64,000 nucleotides of DNA from Octopus sinensis. Taxonomy: Eukaryota. Location: the NCBI RefSeq assembly GCF_006345805.1, contig NC_043002.1:6820001-6884000 (forward strand). The letters are read 5' to 3'. The position numbers were made by a program, and so were the translations under genes. Shown here one piece after another: positions 37,042 through 50,248 of the stretch; positions within the stretch are counted from its first letter, which is position 1; each line of letters starts with the position of its first letter. Under the pieces are notes generated by a model that ran no database searches, was not told the DNA's origin, and saw nothing but the letters and a program-made list of their open reading frames with translations.

Positions 37042-37372
37042 GGCGCATGGCTCAGTGGTTAGAGCGTCGAGCTTTCGATCGCGAGGTTGTGAGTTCGAAT
37101 CCCGGACCCGGCTGCGTGTTGTGTTCTTGAGCAAGACACTTTGTTTCACGTTGCTCCAGTTCACTCAGCTGTAGAAATGTGTTGCGACGTCAGAGGTGTC
37201 AAGCTGTATCGGCTTTTGCCTTTCCCTTAAATAATACTGGTGGCGTTGAGATGGAAGGCCGGTATGCATGGGCGACTGCTGGTCTTCCATAAACAACCTT
37301 GCCCGGACTTGTGCCGGGAGGGTAACTTTCTAGGTGCAATCGCACGGTCAGTCATGACCGAAGTGGGGTCTC
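37042..37372 (+). mobile_element. SINE family C (tRNA head + ttcttgagcaagacactt domain)
   Basis: tggctcagtggtt A box, gagttcgaatccc B box; homologue at 43895. Confidence 0.88.
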
Positions 37373-37586
37373 AATATTCATCTGTACTAATACCAATTCA
37401 ATTTATCTTTCCCAATGTTATCTTTGTATATCGTTCTGTCTGTATGTCTCTGTCTCATTTGAAATATTTATTTAGTTAGATAGTTGCCTATTTAGTTATA
37501 GCATGTGACGAAAAAAAGAAAAATTAAGAAATTTTAAGAAAAGCTAAAACTGGTGCTAAACACGTATATCCAAACTACATACCATA

Positions 37587-37981
37587 TCTTTATATATAAA
37601 AGTCAAGTTGTGTGTCTGTCTCCTACGATTTGGATTCCTAACTACTCCCACATTTTGCGGTGCAGTTTAACCAAAACCGGGTATCTTATAGTCGTGATTC
37701 ATATCGAGCCCTTCTGGGTATTAGCGTGCGTCTACGATGGGTCTACGATTTAAAAAAAATTACCATTATTTTTTTCCATTTTAATGCATTTTTTCGCTAT
37801 TATATAAGGGAAGTAACTCTCTAAAAATGTCTACGATGAGTCAACGATTTTGAAAAAATTTACCATCATTTTTTTTCCATTTTTAATGCATTTTTTTGCT
37901 ATTTTTTGACTATAACTCTCTAAAAATGCTTATATAGTTATTTCCCTTACAAACCCGAGCAACGCCGGGCGATACTGCTAG
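37587..37981 (+). mobile_element. Non-autonomous Helitron
   Basis: a|TC start, internal ~90-bp duplication, cccg-agcaacgc-cggg hairpin, CTAG|t end; 5' fragment of the same family at 61439-61505. Confidence 0.85.
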
Positions 37982-38099
37982 TATTTGATAAAAGCTTCTG
38001 GAACCATACATTGACATGCTAGGTTCTCATCAAAGTCTATTTACCAACAGTAGCATATTTTATCAATAACCAATGTAGCATGCAATACAGATATAAATA

Positions 38100-38958
38100 T
38101 TCATTTCTTTATTGCCTACAGCGGGCTAAACATAGAGGGGACAAACGAGGGTAGAGAAAGGGATTAAGTCGATTATATCGACCCCAGTGCGTAACTGGTA
38201 CTTATTTAATCGACGAAAGGCAAAGTTGACCTCGATGGAATTTGAACTCAGAACACAAAGACAGACGAAATGTCGCAAAGCATTTCATCCGGAGTGCTAA
38301 CGATTCTACCAGCTCGACACTTTCTACATACATGAATATTTTTATTTCTTTATTGCTCACAAGGGGCTAAACATAAATGGGACAAACAAGGACAGACAAA
38401 AAAGAATTAAGCCGATTACTGGTACTTATTTAATCGATCCCGAAAAGCGAAATCGACCTCTGCGGAATTTGAACTCAGAACCTAACGGCAGACGAAATAC
38501 TACAAAGCATTTCGCCCGGCGTCCTAACGATTCTTATTTCTTTACTACCCACAAGGGGCTAAACATAGAGGGGACAAGCAAGGACAGACAAAGGGATTAA
38601 GTCGATTAGATCGATCCCCAGTGCGTAACTGGTACTTAATTTATCTACCCCGAAATGGTGAAAGGCAAAGTCGACCTCTGCGGAATTTGAACTCACAACG
38701 TAACGGCAGACGAAATACCTATTTCTATTTCTTTACTACCCACAAGGGGCTAAACATAGAGGGGACAAACAAGGACAGACAAACGGATTAAGTCGATTAC
38801 ATCGACCCCAGTGCGTAACTGGTACTTAATTTATCGACCCCGAAAGGATGAAAGGCAAAGTCGACCTCGGCGGAATTTGGACTCAGAACGTAGCGGCAGA
38901 GAAAATACGGCTACGCATTTCGCCCGGTGTGCAAACGATTCTGCCAGCTCGCCTCCTT
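38100..38958 (-). mobile_element. Cluster of co-oriented SINE family B copies (monomer, head-truncated monomer, dimer)
   Basis: Four tatttcttta...acaaggggctaaac-type 3' ends in series. Confidence 0.88.
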
Positions 38959-39451
38959 AAACACATATAAATATATATCATGACATGTACTACTTATTAA
39001 GCTGCTACGATGAAGCATACAGAAATCACAATATGCAGATTTTATTCAGTATATGTTCATTGCATAATATTTTCTCTGGTTAATGTAAGTTTCAAACAAG
39101 GAAGCGAGTTGGTAGAATCGTTGGCACGACGGGCCAAACGCTTTACGGGATTTCGCTTGTCTTTACGTTCCGAGTTCAAATTCCCTCGAGGTAGACTTAA
39201 TCTTTCATCCTTTCTGGGATACTTAAAATAAGTACCAGTTGAGCACTGGAGTCGATGTAATCGACTTAACACCTGCCTAAAATTGCTGGCCTTATACACC
39301 GCGTTTAAAATCAATATAAGTTTCGTATGAAATATCACAATTTTCTTATACAAAAGTATACAAATCTGCTGACGTCATAAAATGTATAACTTTTCGGGAG
39401 GGCGTGGAATAATTCATTTTTTAGCGGTGGGGTGATTTGGTACTTGAAGTA

Positions 39452-39538
39452 TAGTAATCTCTCGACTATCGAGGGTGTTACATTCCAAAACTCCCTGCGA
39501 TAGGCGAAAATACACGAAGTAGAAACAGTACTGTACTG

Positions 39539-39600
<62 letters not shown>

Positions 39601-39712
39601 GTATTATTTTTAAAATTTGTATAAATTTATTTTATTATAAATGCAAACCAACACCACGAAGGAATCGACATAAGCTTAAATAATTAAATCGCGATTTGGC
39701 GAGGGATTACTG
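39452..39712. mobile_element. Tigger/pogo-like MITE
   Basis: ta|tagtaatctctcg ... cgagggattactg|ta; TA TSD. Confidence 0.75.
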
Positions 39713-40014
39713 TACAAATAAAGCTATAACTACTAGTATGAAAATATTGGGTTAAAAACCTGTTTTGGACAGAAAAAGTCAAACACTGCCCGTGGGCCAG
39801 AACTGAGATCTCCCGTTGACATAAAAGGTGCTCTGTTGTACCGAAGCAAACCTTCGAATTTCGTTATATATTTTAGAAACTTCATTTTCATCAGCAAGAA
39901 TTGATCGTCGTTGACATCATACGAATTTTATAAACTTTCGAAAGAACAAGGAACATGACCTCATATTTGCCATATTGAAATTGGTTCTCGGAGTACATGT
40001 AAAGCTATAAATAC

Positions 40015-40230
40015 TCTTTTCTACTATAGGCACAGGGTCTGAAATTTGTGGGGCGGATGATAGTCGATTACATCGACTGCAATGCGAAATTTGTGATTAT
40101 TTTATCGATCCTGAAAGCGATGTAAGGCAAAGTCGACCTCAGTGGAATTTGAACTCAGAACGTCAAGGCGAATGAAATACCGCTAAGTATTTTGCCCGGC
40201 GCACTAACGATTCTGCCAGCTCACCGTCTT
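40015..40230 (-). mobile_element. Older SINE-B-related variant with a different tail
   Basis: B head and central domain with tail aaatttcagaccctgtgcctatagtagaaa; degenerate relatives at 39100-39300 and 40640-40820. Confidence 0.7.
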
Positions 40231-41524
40231 ATTTAAAGCTATAAGGAATTACAACCGTGTTTCATGGTCTGCTACCACAACAGCTCCTTTAGAGGATCCA
40301 GTTAGCTCAAGACATCATCAGGAGGAACCACGTCCGGTTTCGGCCCCTACTCCTCTACCGCTTGGCGTGCCCCCCCCCCCTTTCGGAGGTGTCTTCAGCC
40401 CTGGTGTTGGGTGCATGTCTTCTTTCTTCTTCTTTCTTCTGTTCACTGGCCTCTTCGATGTATCGTCAGCAAGTTTCAGCCGGTGACTGACTGACTTGTC
40501 AAATTTTCCCTTTAAATACCTGCCGCTGGGCTCCAGCAGGCAGCCCCGGCAAGTTGTCACGTGACACTGTCTCACCTTAACTGACTAGTGAAGGCGCGTA
40601 GTTTTAGCCCATGTAAATATTAGTTTCAAATTTTGCCACAAGGTCAACAGTTTGGGGAGAGAGGCCATGTCAATTAAATCGACCCCAGAGCTCGACTCTG
40701 GAAGGATAAAAGGCAAAGTCAACGTTTGAATTTGAACGCAGAACGTAGAGAAGAGACGGACGAAATGCTGCTGAACATCTTGCGCGGCGTGTCAACGATT
40801 CTGCTAGTTTGCCGCCTTAAACAGCATGTAAACATTGGGTCGAAAATCCCTTTTGGGCAGAAAAGGTCGAAGATTTCACGTGGGGCTCGAAGCTCCACCT
40901 CTTGTAGACATGACACAATGTTCCAAAAGTGAATTATGCATATTTGCAATGTGCATATATATCATACACTTCAAACATTGCGCAAATACAGTGCACAATG
41001 CATCATACATTACTGAAAATAAGTTAGCTTTTCCTGCATTGAACTTTTTTGGTAAATATTGTAGGAATTTCATATCCTTGATAGTTTTTACTACAGAAAA
41101 CGTTTCGTGCTTAATGAAGCAAACCATTTGTTACATTTTTACAACGAATTTGTTTCCATCACCGTTTCTCACTATATTCAATTTGAAATACGAATTGTAT
41201 GTACAAACAGATGTACAACCGCTACTGTTATGTTTCATAATACTGTCTGCTTTCTGAATAGTTGGTAAGTAATTTATATACGGAGTACTACGGAGCAAAG
41301 GTAGGAGAAATATGGATGCACAGATTTATATAATAGTTTTAGTACCTCTTTCAGCATGATGGTGGTTATGAGTGTTAGAAAAGGTGTTCCAAATGTTAAA
41401 CCACAACGGATCAATGAATGTTTAATTTAGTGGAGTAGAATAAGTGTGTGAGTGGGGTGGCGATTTGTGGGCACATGTGTATGGAATGTTATATATATAT
41501 TTATGAATATTATATAATATATAT

Positions 41525-41573
<49 letters not shown>

Positions 41574-41574
41574 C

Positions 41575-41780
41575 GGGAAGCTTTATGAAAATAAACAAAA
41601 GACGAAGGCAGGTGGAATACAAACAAACAATTGTATTAGTATGGCGCTCAGGAATATAAATAAAACAAGTCTTTTACGTTTCGAGCCTACGCTCTTCAAC
41701 AGAAAGATACACAGAAAAGAAACACGGAGAGAAACAAGGAGAGAAAAAAATGCGTGCAGAAGCTAGCGAATCAACATGGC
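41575..41780 (-). mobile_element. Family E element in (TA)n; hammerhead-like motif at 41670-41707
   Basis: TCTTT CTGTTGA a GAGC gtag GCTC GAA ACGT A AAAGA. Confidence 0.72.
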
Positions 41781-42997
41781 GATATATATATATATATATA
41801 TATATAACAGGCGTATGAGTGGCTGTGTGGTAAGTATATTGCTTACTTCCGGTTACCCAGAATGCAACACTTGTTGGTCTGGAGTGTTACAGTGAGAAGA
41901 CGCGAGTTTTGGTTCCGTGAATAGAAAAAAGAACAAAAAGAAAAATTGTCAATTTTGGCTCGCTATAGCGAGCAAAAATATTGTGTTCTCGTCACCATAA
42001 CGGTGAATTGAGAATTTTTGTTTGAATATTCTTTGGTGTGGTTTTTTTTCGCTCAGAACAAGAAATTTAATTCTATACGATTCAGCAGTGTTATTAGTTA
42101 AGAATATATTCCATATCATTTAAGAATATTTAACTACAACAGAATATTTATGTCACTTGTGGTATGTGTATGTTTTCACCATTAAATAACTTCGTCATTT
42201 TGGATCTAAGTCGAGCCTGTTAGATCCTATATTTCTTCAAAGTATACATTGTAGTCTAATGGCTTGGTCAAGAACAGAACCTAAGCTAGGTGGCACGAAG
42301 GATGTCCTCAAACTGAAAATTTTGCCGAAACGTTTACTGTACCCAAGAATAAAATCTGGGTTTAAATCGGATTAACACCATGACTTAAAATTAACAGGGG
42401 TCTTGCTGCTTCGCATCTTCACCTGTAACACCAAGATCTAGGTGGCTTGGTTAGCAATTGTGTTATATAAACAATCATATCTTGTGCTCGTGTCCTTTTG
42501 ACAATTCCCAAAGAATTTTATGCAGAATCCCAGAATTGTCCGTTGCCAGGGATGAAAGAATTTTTTTTCTTTTTAATTGTATTTTCTAATTGCAGAAAAT
42601 CTGGATTTCAACTTCCTAGATATTTTGGTTGTAGTGGAGCCGCGTATTAACAGAGTCGTTTGAGCATCGGACAAATTACTTTGTGAAATTTAATTGTTAA
42701 TTCCTATTGTGTTTTAAGTTCGAATTGGCCTTTGGTCCTAGGCCGGAGTCGATAATTTAAGTATCATCTACATACACATATATATAAATGCATACATACA
42801 TACACCCAATATGAAAGCATATATGCGGATGCATTACTACATCTAAAAATAGCATTTTATGGTGTTCAACATGGATAAAATATATGCCCGTGTGTGAACG
42901 TGGGTGTGCCATTAAATATTTCAGACACAGACTTATAGGAAATTACACAAATCAAAAATCATATACAAAAGACAAAGCCATGCGTGTATTTTTTATG

Positions 42998-43075
<78 letters not shown>

Positions 43076-43106
43076 TGGAATATACCTATTTGCAATAATA
43101 TACATA

Positions 43107-43161
<55 letters not shown>

Positions 43162-43164
43162 TAT

Positions 43165-43202
<38 letters not shown>

Positions 43203-43544
43203 CAATGCGCGCGCGTCTTTGTGTGTGTGACTGAAGATATAAATATATATTTATTTAGTGTGTTTTACTTTACAAAGACGTTGCGTAAAAAGTGAAATAA
43301 GTCTGATATAAAAAGAAAATTAGTGAAGCGAATGACACCTGTCAGTTTTCGCGGGAAATGCTTGCTTTCGCCATTACTGCATAGGTAAACTATGTTCTCA
43401 ACATTACGCCACTTGTATTGATACTTGGAATTGATTCTTTAAGAACATTCTTATCGTGTTCATGAGTCTGTGTGTATGTATGTATATATGTACATAAATA
43501 TATATATACATATATATATATATATATGTACATATATACTTATG

Positions 43545-43575
<31 letters not shown>

Positions 43576-43648
43576 TTATGCATGTGTATATATATATCAT
43601 TCGTACTATTTATAAATATATTTACATATATATATATGTATATATATG

Positions 43649-43715
<67 letters not shown>

Positions 43716-43803
43716 TTTATATGCATATATATATATGTATACATATATATATATGTATATATATACGCATATATATATGTATATATATATATGTATATAT
43801 ATG

Positions 43804-43892
<89 letters not shown>

Positions 43893-43894
43893 TA

Positions 43895-44225
43895 GGCGCA
43901 TGGTTCAGTGGTTAGAGCGTCGAGCTTACGATCGTGAGGTTGTGAGTTCGATTCCTGGACAGGTCTGCGTGTTTTGTTCTTGAGCAAGACACTTTATTTC
44001 ACGTTGCTCCAGTTAACTCAGCTGTAGAAATGAGTTGCAACATCAATAGTGCCAAGCTGTATTGGCCTTTGCCTTTCTCTTCGATAACATAATTGGTGTG
44101 AAGAGGGGAGGCTGGTATGCATGAGTGACTGCTGGCCTTCCATAAACGACTTTGCCCGGACTTGTGCCTCGGAGGGTAACTATCTAGGTGCAATCCCATG
44201 GTCATTAATGACCGAAGGGTGTCTC
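43895..44225 (+). mobile_element. SINE family C
   Basis: Homologous to 37042-37372. Confidence 0.88.
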
Positions 44226-44310
44226 CCAAATATATATATATATATATACACACACGCACACACACACTCACACACACACGCACACACATACATATATATA
44301 TATATATAGG

Positions 44311-44686
44311 TTGAGATGAATATGGTACTTAAGTCGAAGCCACCAGAATTTAGTATGGTATTATCTATATAATTTAAAATAAAGTGATTATAATCAAAAT
44401 AAGCAACAATGATATCCAGAGGTAATGCAGTCCGATCGTTTCATGCAACTCTATTTAGTTGAACAATGCAAACATTACATCAATTCAAAATGTAGACCAA
44501 TCTTCAGCTGCATAAAAAATAATTTTTTTATAAAAATGAGTCCTTCGAATTTAACTAAATTCTATATTTTTATGCAACTGAAGATTGCTCTACAATTTAA
44601 ATTGATGTAATGTTTGCATTGTTCAATTAAATGGAGTCGCATGAAACGATCGTACTGCATTACCTCTGGATATCCTTGTTGCTTAT
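44311..44686. mobile_element. Family K element with inverted arms 44399-44518 and 44567-44686
   Basis: Hammerhead on + at 44573-44659 (TGCAA CTGAAGA...GAA ACGATCGT A CTGCA) and on - at 44426-44512. Confidence 0.8.
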
Positions 44687-45459
44687 ATACAATAGTGTGA
44701 AAGTATTGGTTTCAAATCTCTACCGGATAGAAAAGCTGATGCGCTACCCGTGAGACCCGAGCCCACATCTCCTACGGGCATGACAGGCGATCTACCATCG
44801 AACCAGTCATCGTTTCCGACCCCCTTTTTTGCGTCATAAAAATTATATAAACTTTTGAGAAAATACGAAATAACTCTTTCTTGGAATCGAATCTCGAAGT
44901 ACATTTAACGCTATATATAAGTGCATGTAACATATTGGACTAAAGACCCCAATAGTTGCATGTTATTATTAATAAGTTTATATATACTTTGAGATTCAAT
45001 TCCCCAAAATGAATATTTTGTTTTTTATCGAAAATTTATAAAATTCTTATGGCATCAAATATATTTATAGGATATAAAGAATATATATCCGTGTTTTAGT
45101 ATCAAGTAACAATGTTTGGTCTTATAAGTTAAAGCTGAATGTGTCAGCCTTCAGCTACGACGCCAAACGTTGTCACTTGATACTCACACAAGGAGGTAAC
45201 GGAGAACCTAAAAAAATTCCAAGATCTGCCATGTGACTATTCTCTGCCAATCAAATCCTATTCAAAACATATACTAATTTGAGCCATGAACTCCCTATAA
45301 TGATAGGGCAAACTTCAGAAACTAGTCAGAAGCAAGATAACTGCAATATAAGCCACGTTTTTCTATTTCAACTCATTGAAAATCAGTGTAAACTGAAACC
45401 GGTTAACGCATTAAATGTATTAATAAAAAATATTTTAATATATATATATATGAATATAT

Positions 45460-46308
45460 ATTACATGGAAAAATGCGAGCAAAAGAAATAATATTCTTAA
45501 GATTGTAAACCTAGAAAAGTACAGGACAAGTTATTACACTTGGAAAAGTTCAGGACAAGTTATTATATCTGGTAAAGAACAGAACAAGAAATGTTTTACT
45601 TAAGATATTGCAGCTAAAGATAGAATTTCAAAGAAAATATTTAGATTTAGAAAATATTAGCTTTTATTAAAACTAAAAATTTTATTACATGTTATTGCTT
45701 TTATTTGTTATTATTTGTTACTTCAATTAAAAATTAAAAAAAAACAACTCAAAATATTTTTGCACTTTAAAAAATTCATTCTTTCAGTTATTAATTAATA
45801 ATTATAAATTTGAAAATAGGTTTTAAAAAATAGTAGTAGTACTTATTAGTTAGTACAATAAATAGAATAATACAAAAATTAGTTATATATTACAGTAAAA
45901 TCTACCTATAACAACAAATACACAGTAAAATTTGCTTGAGTTATTGCCAAGTCTTCACATTTTTAGTCTTGACCCAATGCCTATTTTTGACATAATGAAT
46001 TTACCTACCATATATACTATTCTACTTCTACTTTAGGTATATTGGTGCTTCAGGCTCTCATTTTTTTATGTATTCTAGTGTTTCAATATTTTAAAAAAAT
46101 GCTGGAACCTTTTTTAATTATAATATCACATTGTAAATTAAAATCAAATAATTTTTGATATTCAAATTTTTATCTTCAGCTGCAATATTTTAAGTAAAAA
46201 TTTTCCTGTTCTGTACTCTACCAGAACTTTTCCAAGTGTTATAACTGTACTTTTCTAGGGTTTAATCTTAAGAATATTATTTTACTTGCTGGCATTTTTC
46301 CATGTAAT
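45460..46308. mobile_element. MITE/foldback element with ~190-bp imperfect TIRs
   Basis: attacatggaaaaatgc ... gcatttttccatgtaat. Confidence 0.75.
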
Positions 46309-47532
46309 CCATGTTTTTTTTCTCCAGGCTATGCTATTATGCTAATTAATAATGTGACAGTTAATAATTAAAGATTTTACCTTGTTGAAAATTGTCTCCC
46401 ATTTAAGCTGACGTAATTAAACTAATTGCAAATTAGTAGTGTCGTTGATAATTTTTTCGTTACCTCTGTGATGCCGGTGACATATCAAAAGTCCCCTTGT
46501 AGAACTATAGTCATAAAAAAGTTTAGAACTATATTATCACGCTCAAATTTGAGAAACCGTCGCTCATAATTTTTTCTTTTACAACTTCATTGCATGAGAT
46601 TGATACCATGAAATTTATCGAATTGAACTCTATCTTTTAAATTTAATTAAAATTTAGTTTTAGAATTAAAAACTTAATTATACTTAATTATACTTAAATC
46701 CAATTTTTTGCCTTATATTTTTTATTATGTTTTACCTCACAACTTTTTATACAAATTTTTCTGCATGGGACCAAAATTTTGAAATTCTTTATACTTTCTT
46801 ATATCATTGAAGCTAAGATAAATATATTTTGCCTTTAAAATAAAAAAGTTAGTTTGATCTAAACTTGATTGGTGGCGTTACTTACTCTCCTATAACGTTG
46901 CCACAAATTTTGATGCAAACTTTTTATACTGGACCAAATCTTAATTTTTTATGCTAAAATGTAACAAAAATGTTAACTGTTTTAGATTTGATTAAGAACT
47001 GAACTAGCGACAAAGCTATGAAAGATGCTGCATGTGCGTAAATTTCGGCCTTAAGAATATTATTCAACTACTACCGTAGTTGAATGATCTACACCCCTTC
47101 CACCTATCTTTCTCTCTCTCTCTCTATTTCTCCCGCTGTCCTTCCTTCTCTCTCTCCTTCGTCTCTCACCTCTCTTTGTCTCTGTCTCTCTGTCTCTGCC
47201 TGTCTCTGTCTGTCTGTCTCTGTCTCTGTTTCTCTCTCTCTCTCTCTCTGTTTTTTTCTGTCATTTTAGTGTGTTTAGCTTAGCCAGCGATTTTATTTCA
47301 TTAAACAAATGTCGTTGTTTTGAGCAATAAAGAAGCTAACTTTCCGGTAACCTATCGACGTATAATTATCAATATTACTAAATGATCTGTGTCGTTAAAA
47401 AGCTCTCTTAACCCTTGTCGATGGAATGGATTTACATATTCGATAATAACATTTTGCTTTATTCGTAAAATAATGGTATTTGTGTACTCAGGCATTTCCC
47501 TTTTCGTTTGTCTAAAAGTCATACGCAGAGGC

Positions 47533-47865
47533 CCAGGCGTGAAGGTGAGGTAAGAAGCCTGCTTCCCAACTACATAATTCTGGGTTCAGTTCCATTCTTT
47601 TCTACTCTAGCCCCGAGTCGACCAAATCTTTGTGATTTGATTTTGTAGGTGGAAACGGAAAGACGTCCGTCGTGTGTGTAAGTGTGTGTGTGTGGATGTC
47701 TGAGTATGAATGCGTGTGTATGTGTGTCTTTGTTTCCCCAACCGGTGATGGTGTGTTTATGACATCGTAACATAGAAGCTTGGCAAAAATGACCCATAGA
47801 ATAAATACCAGGCTTAAGAAAAGAGTTCTGAGCTCGATTCACTCAACTAAAAATCCTCCAGTTGT
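47533..47865 (+). mobile_element. SINE family A, old degenerate copy
   Basis: ctgggttcagttcc, gtcgaccaaa, ggtgtgtttat and atagaataaatacc motifs in order. Confidence 0.65.
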
Positions 47866-49471
47866 TGTCCCATCGAAACAAGATAAAGAGAAAATATTTT
47901 AAAAATTAGAAACGCATTTGGACACAAAAATGACGTCGGATCGCGGTTAGAAAATAATAGAAAACAATATGTTTATCCTGTTGTGTCTGGGGTGAGTCAT
48001 TTTCCTTTTGTGCCTTATAATGTAACACACTCACCGGTAAAATTTCCACTGTTTTCTTATTTTTATTGTCCTAAAATTTTCGTAGCGTCTTGCAACCTTT
48101 TCAATAGTTTTATTGTTTATCCGTTCCAAAATGAAAAGGATATGTTATACATAGAAGCGAAAGATATGAAGCCCTTTAGTACGAATTTTTCCTATGTTGT
48201 GAATAAAATTTTCTGCCAGTCTGCTATCGTTGTTATAGAGTAAAGGAAACTTGAGGTTAAATATCCCAAACAGAGAACAGTGTTATTTTCTGTGCAAAAG
48301 ATATCCTGTAAATAAAAACTGGTTGGAAACCAGCCATGAGCTTGTTTAATGGATTACAAATAGAGAAGGAAACTTTACAGAAAGTTTAAAGACTTGTCAT
48401 TGTCTGTCAAAACAGTTCACGGTTTAGTTATTAAAATAACTCAGCGAATCGACCGAGAGAAGAAGTGAGAATGGAAAGAGTTTGAGAAATAAAGAGAGAG
48501 AGAAAGACAGTAGCAAGGAAAGAAAGAAGGACAGACATGTTGACAAGATGTATTTATTTTGACTCCTTTATCAAGACAAATGTTATACACACTCACGGAT
48601 ACAAACGCGCATATATATATATTCTCATATATATATCCCTGCACACTTGTTTGTACATCTTCAAAGTGTTTGTGTTCATATCATACGCATGCAAGCGTAC
48701 ACATAACAGTATATATATTGAGGAGCCTTTAACCGTGTGTATATGTGATTTCATGTGTAAGGATACTACTTGTAATTGTATTTATACACACGCACAGACA
48801 CAAGCACATGTATAGAGGTGTGTATATTCCTATATGCCTATATTTGCATATATGCATGTGCATATATAATTACATATGTTTGTACGTGGGTGTGTGCGAG
48901 TGTGTATGTGTGTGTGAGTGTGTGTGTGTACATGTGTGTGCATGCCTGCGTGTGTATGTGTTTGTGTGTGTGTACATGTACGTGCGTGCGTGTGCGTGCG
49001 TGTGTGTGTATGTGTGAATATGTGTGTATGTGTGTATGTATGTGTGTGTATGTGTGTGTATGTCTGTGTGTGTGTGTGTGTGTGTGAATATGTCTGTATG
49101 CGTGTGTGTGTGTGTGTGTGTGTGTTGTGAATATGTGTGTGTGTGGTGTGTGTGTGTGTGTGTGTGTGTATTGTGTATATAGTCTTAGCCTCCGTTTGTT
49201 TTATTCGCAAATGTATTTATGAATGTTGTTAAAAAGAAAAATGGCTGGATGTCTGCAGTCCACCGAACAACGACATTTTGGAAACAGCGGCAGAATTTGT
49301 TAACAAGACATAAATACAATTAGCTATATGTGAGAATAGCGTATATGTTTTTATGATTCTGTGTGTGTATACGTCTGTGTGTGTGCGTGTGCCTGGGTGT
49401 ACATGTGTGTGGGGGTTACACCACACACGTACATACATATATGCATACATACATGCATCCATACATATATA

Positions 49472-49680
49472 TATTTCTTTACTACCCACAAGTAGTTAAA
49501 CACAGAGGGGACAAACAAGGACAGACAAACGGATTAAGTCGATTACATCGACCCCAGTGCGTAACTGGTACTTAATTTATCGACCCCGAAAGGATGAAAG
49601 GCAAAGTTGACTTCGACGGAATTTGAACTCGGAACGTAACGACAGACGAAATAGGGCTACGCATTTCGCCCGGCGTGTTA
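49472..49680 (-). mobile_element. SINE family B, head-truncated
   Basis: tatttctttactacccacaag...gcatttcgcccggcgtgtta. Confidence 0.88.
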
Positions 49681-49681
49681 T

Positions 49682-49758
<77 letters not shown>

Positions 49759-50248
49759 TGTGTGTGTGTGTGCGTGTGTGTGTGTGTGTGTGTGTGCGTG
49801 TGTGTGTGCGTGTGTGTGTGCGTGTGTGTGTGCGTGTGTTTGCTCTAGTTTCTGTATAGCCGCCAGTGAAGAAGACGTATGGACCTCCAGTTATTTGATG
49901 AATGTAATAACTGACTAATCAAATAATCCTGCGAAAGTGGCTGGGTGTATATGAAGACATGTGTACCGTAACACAGAGCGACAATGCTGGACCTTGGAAC
50001 TATAGCTACAGTCCCTTCGATGGACTTCCCATATAGCTTGCGTCCGCGCTGTTCCACTCAGTTGGATAGGGTCGATCTGATGTTTTGGTAAGAGACACTT
50101 GCTTTAGATGACACTCATAAATGCGCACGTACAGAGATGCTCACACACATAAATGCATACAAATGTATGCATATATATTAGTAGACAAGCACTTTCTCCG
50201 TACAAATAGGTTCAGCAAAATATTTAATATTTAATATGCATACTCTGA

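Noticed and set aside
37042-37115. tRNA genes at SINE heads (also 31741, 43895, 57884)
   Set aside because: A/B boxes are present but run into SINE bodies, with no complete acceptor stem.
39850-39900. CTGATGA...GAAATTC on the minus strand
   Set aside because: No stem II pairing.
41850-42600. Possible LTR retrotransposon 5' region
   Set aside because: No second LTR, clear PBS or gag/pol motif found.
12036-44686. Palindromes as sequencing fold-back artefacts
   Set aside because: The arms at 12036, 23757 and 44399 differ by substitutions, have spacers, and two of the families recur as solo copies. Only the 17461-19660 duplication remains suspect.
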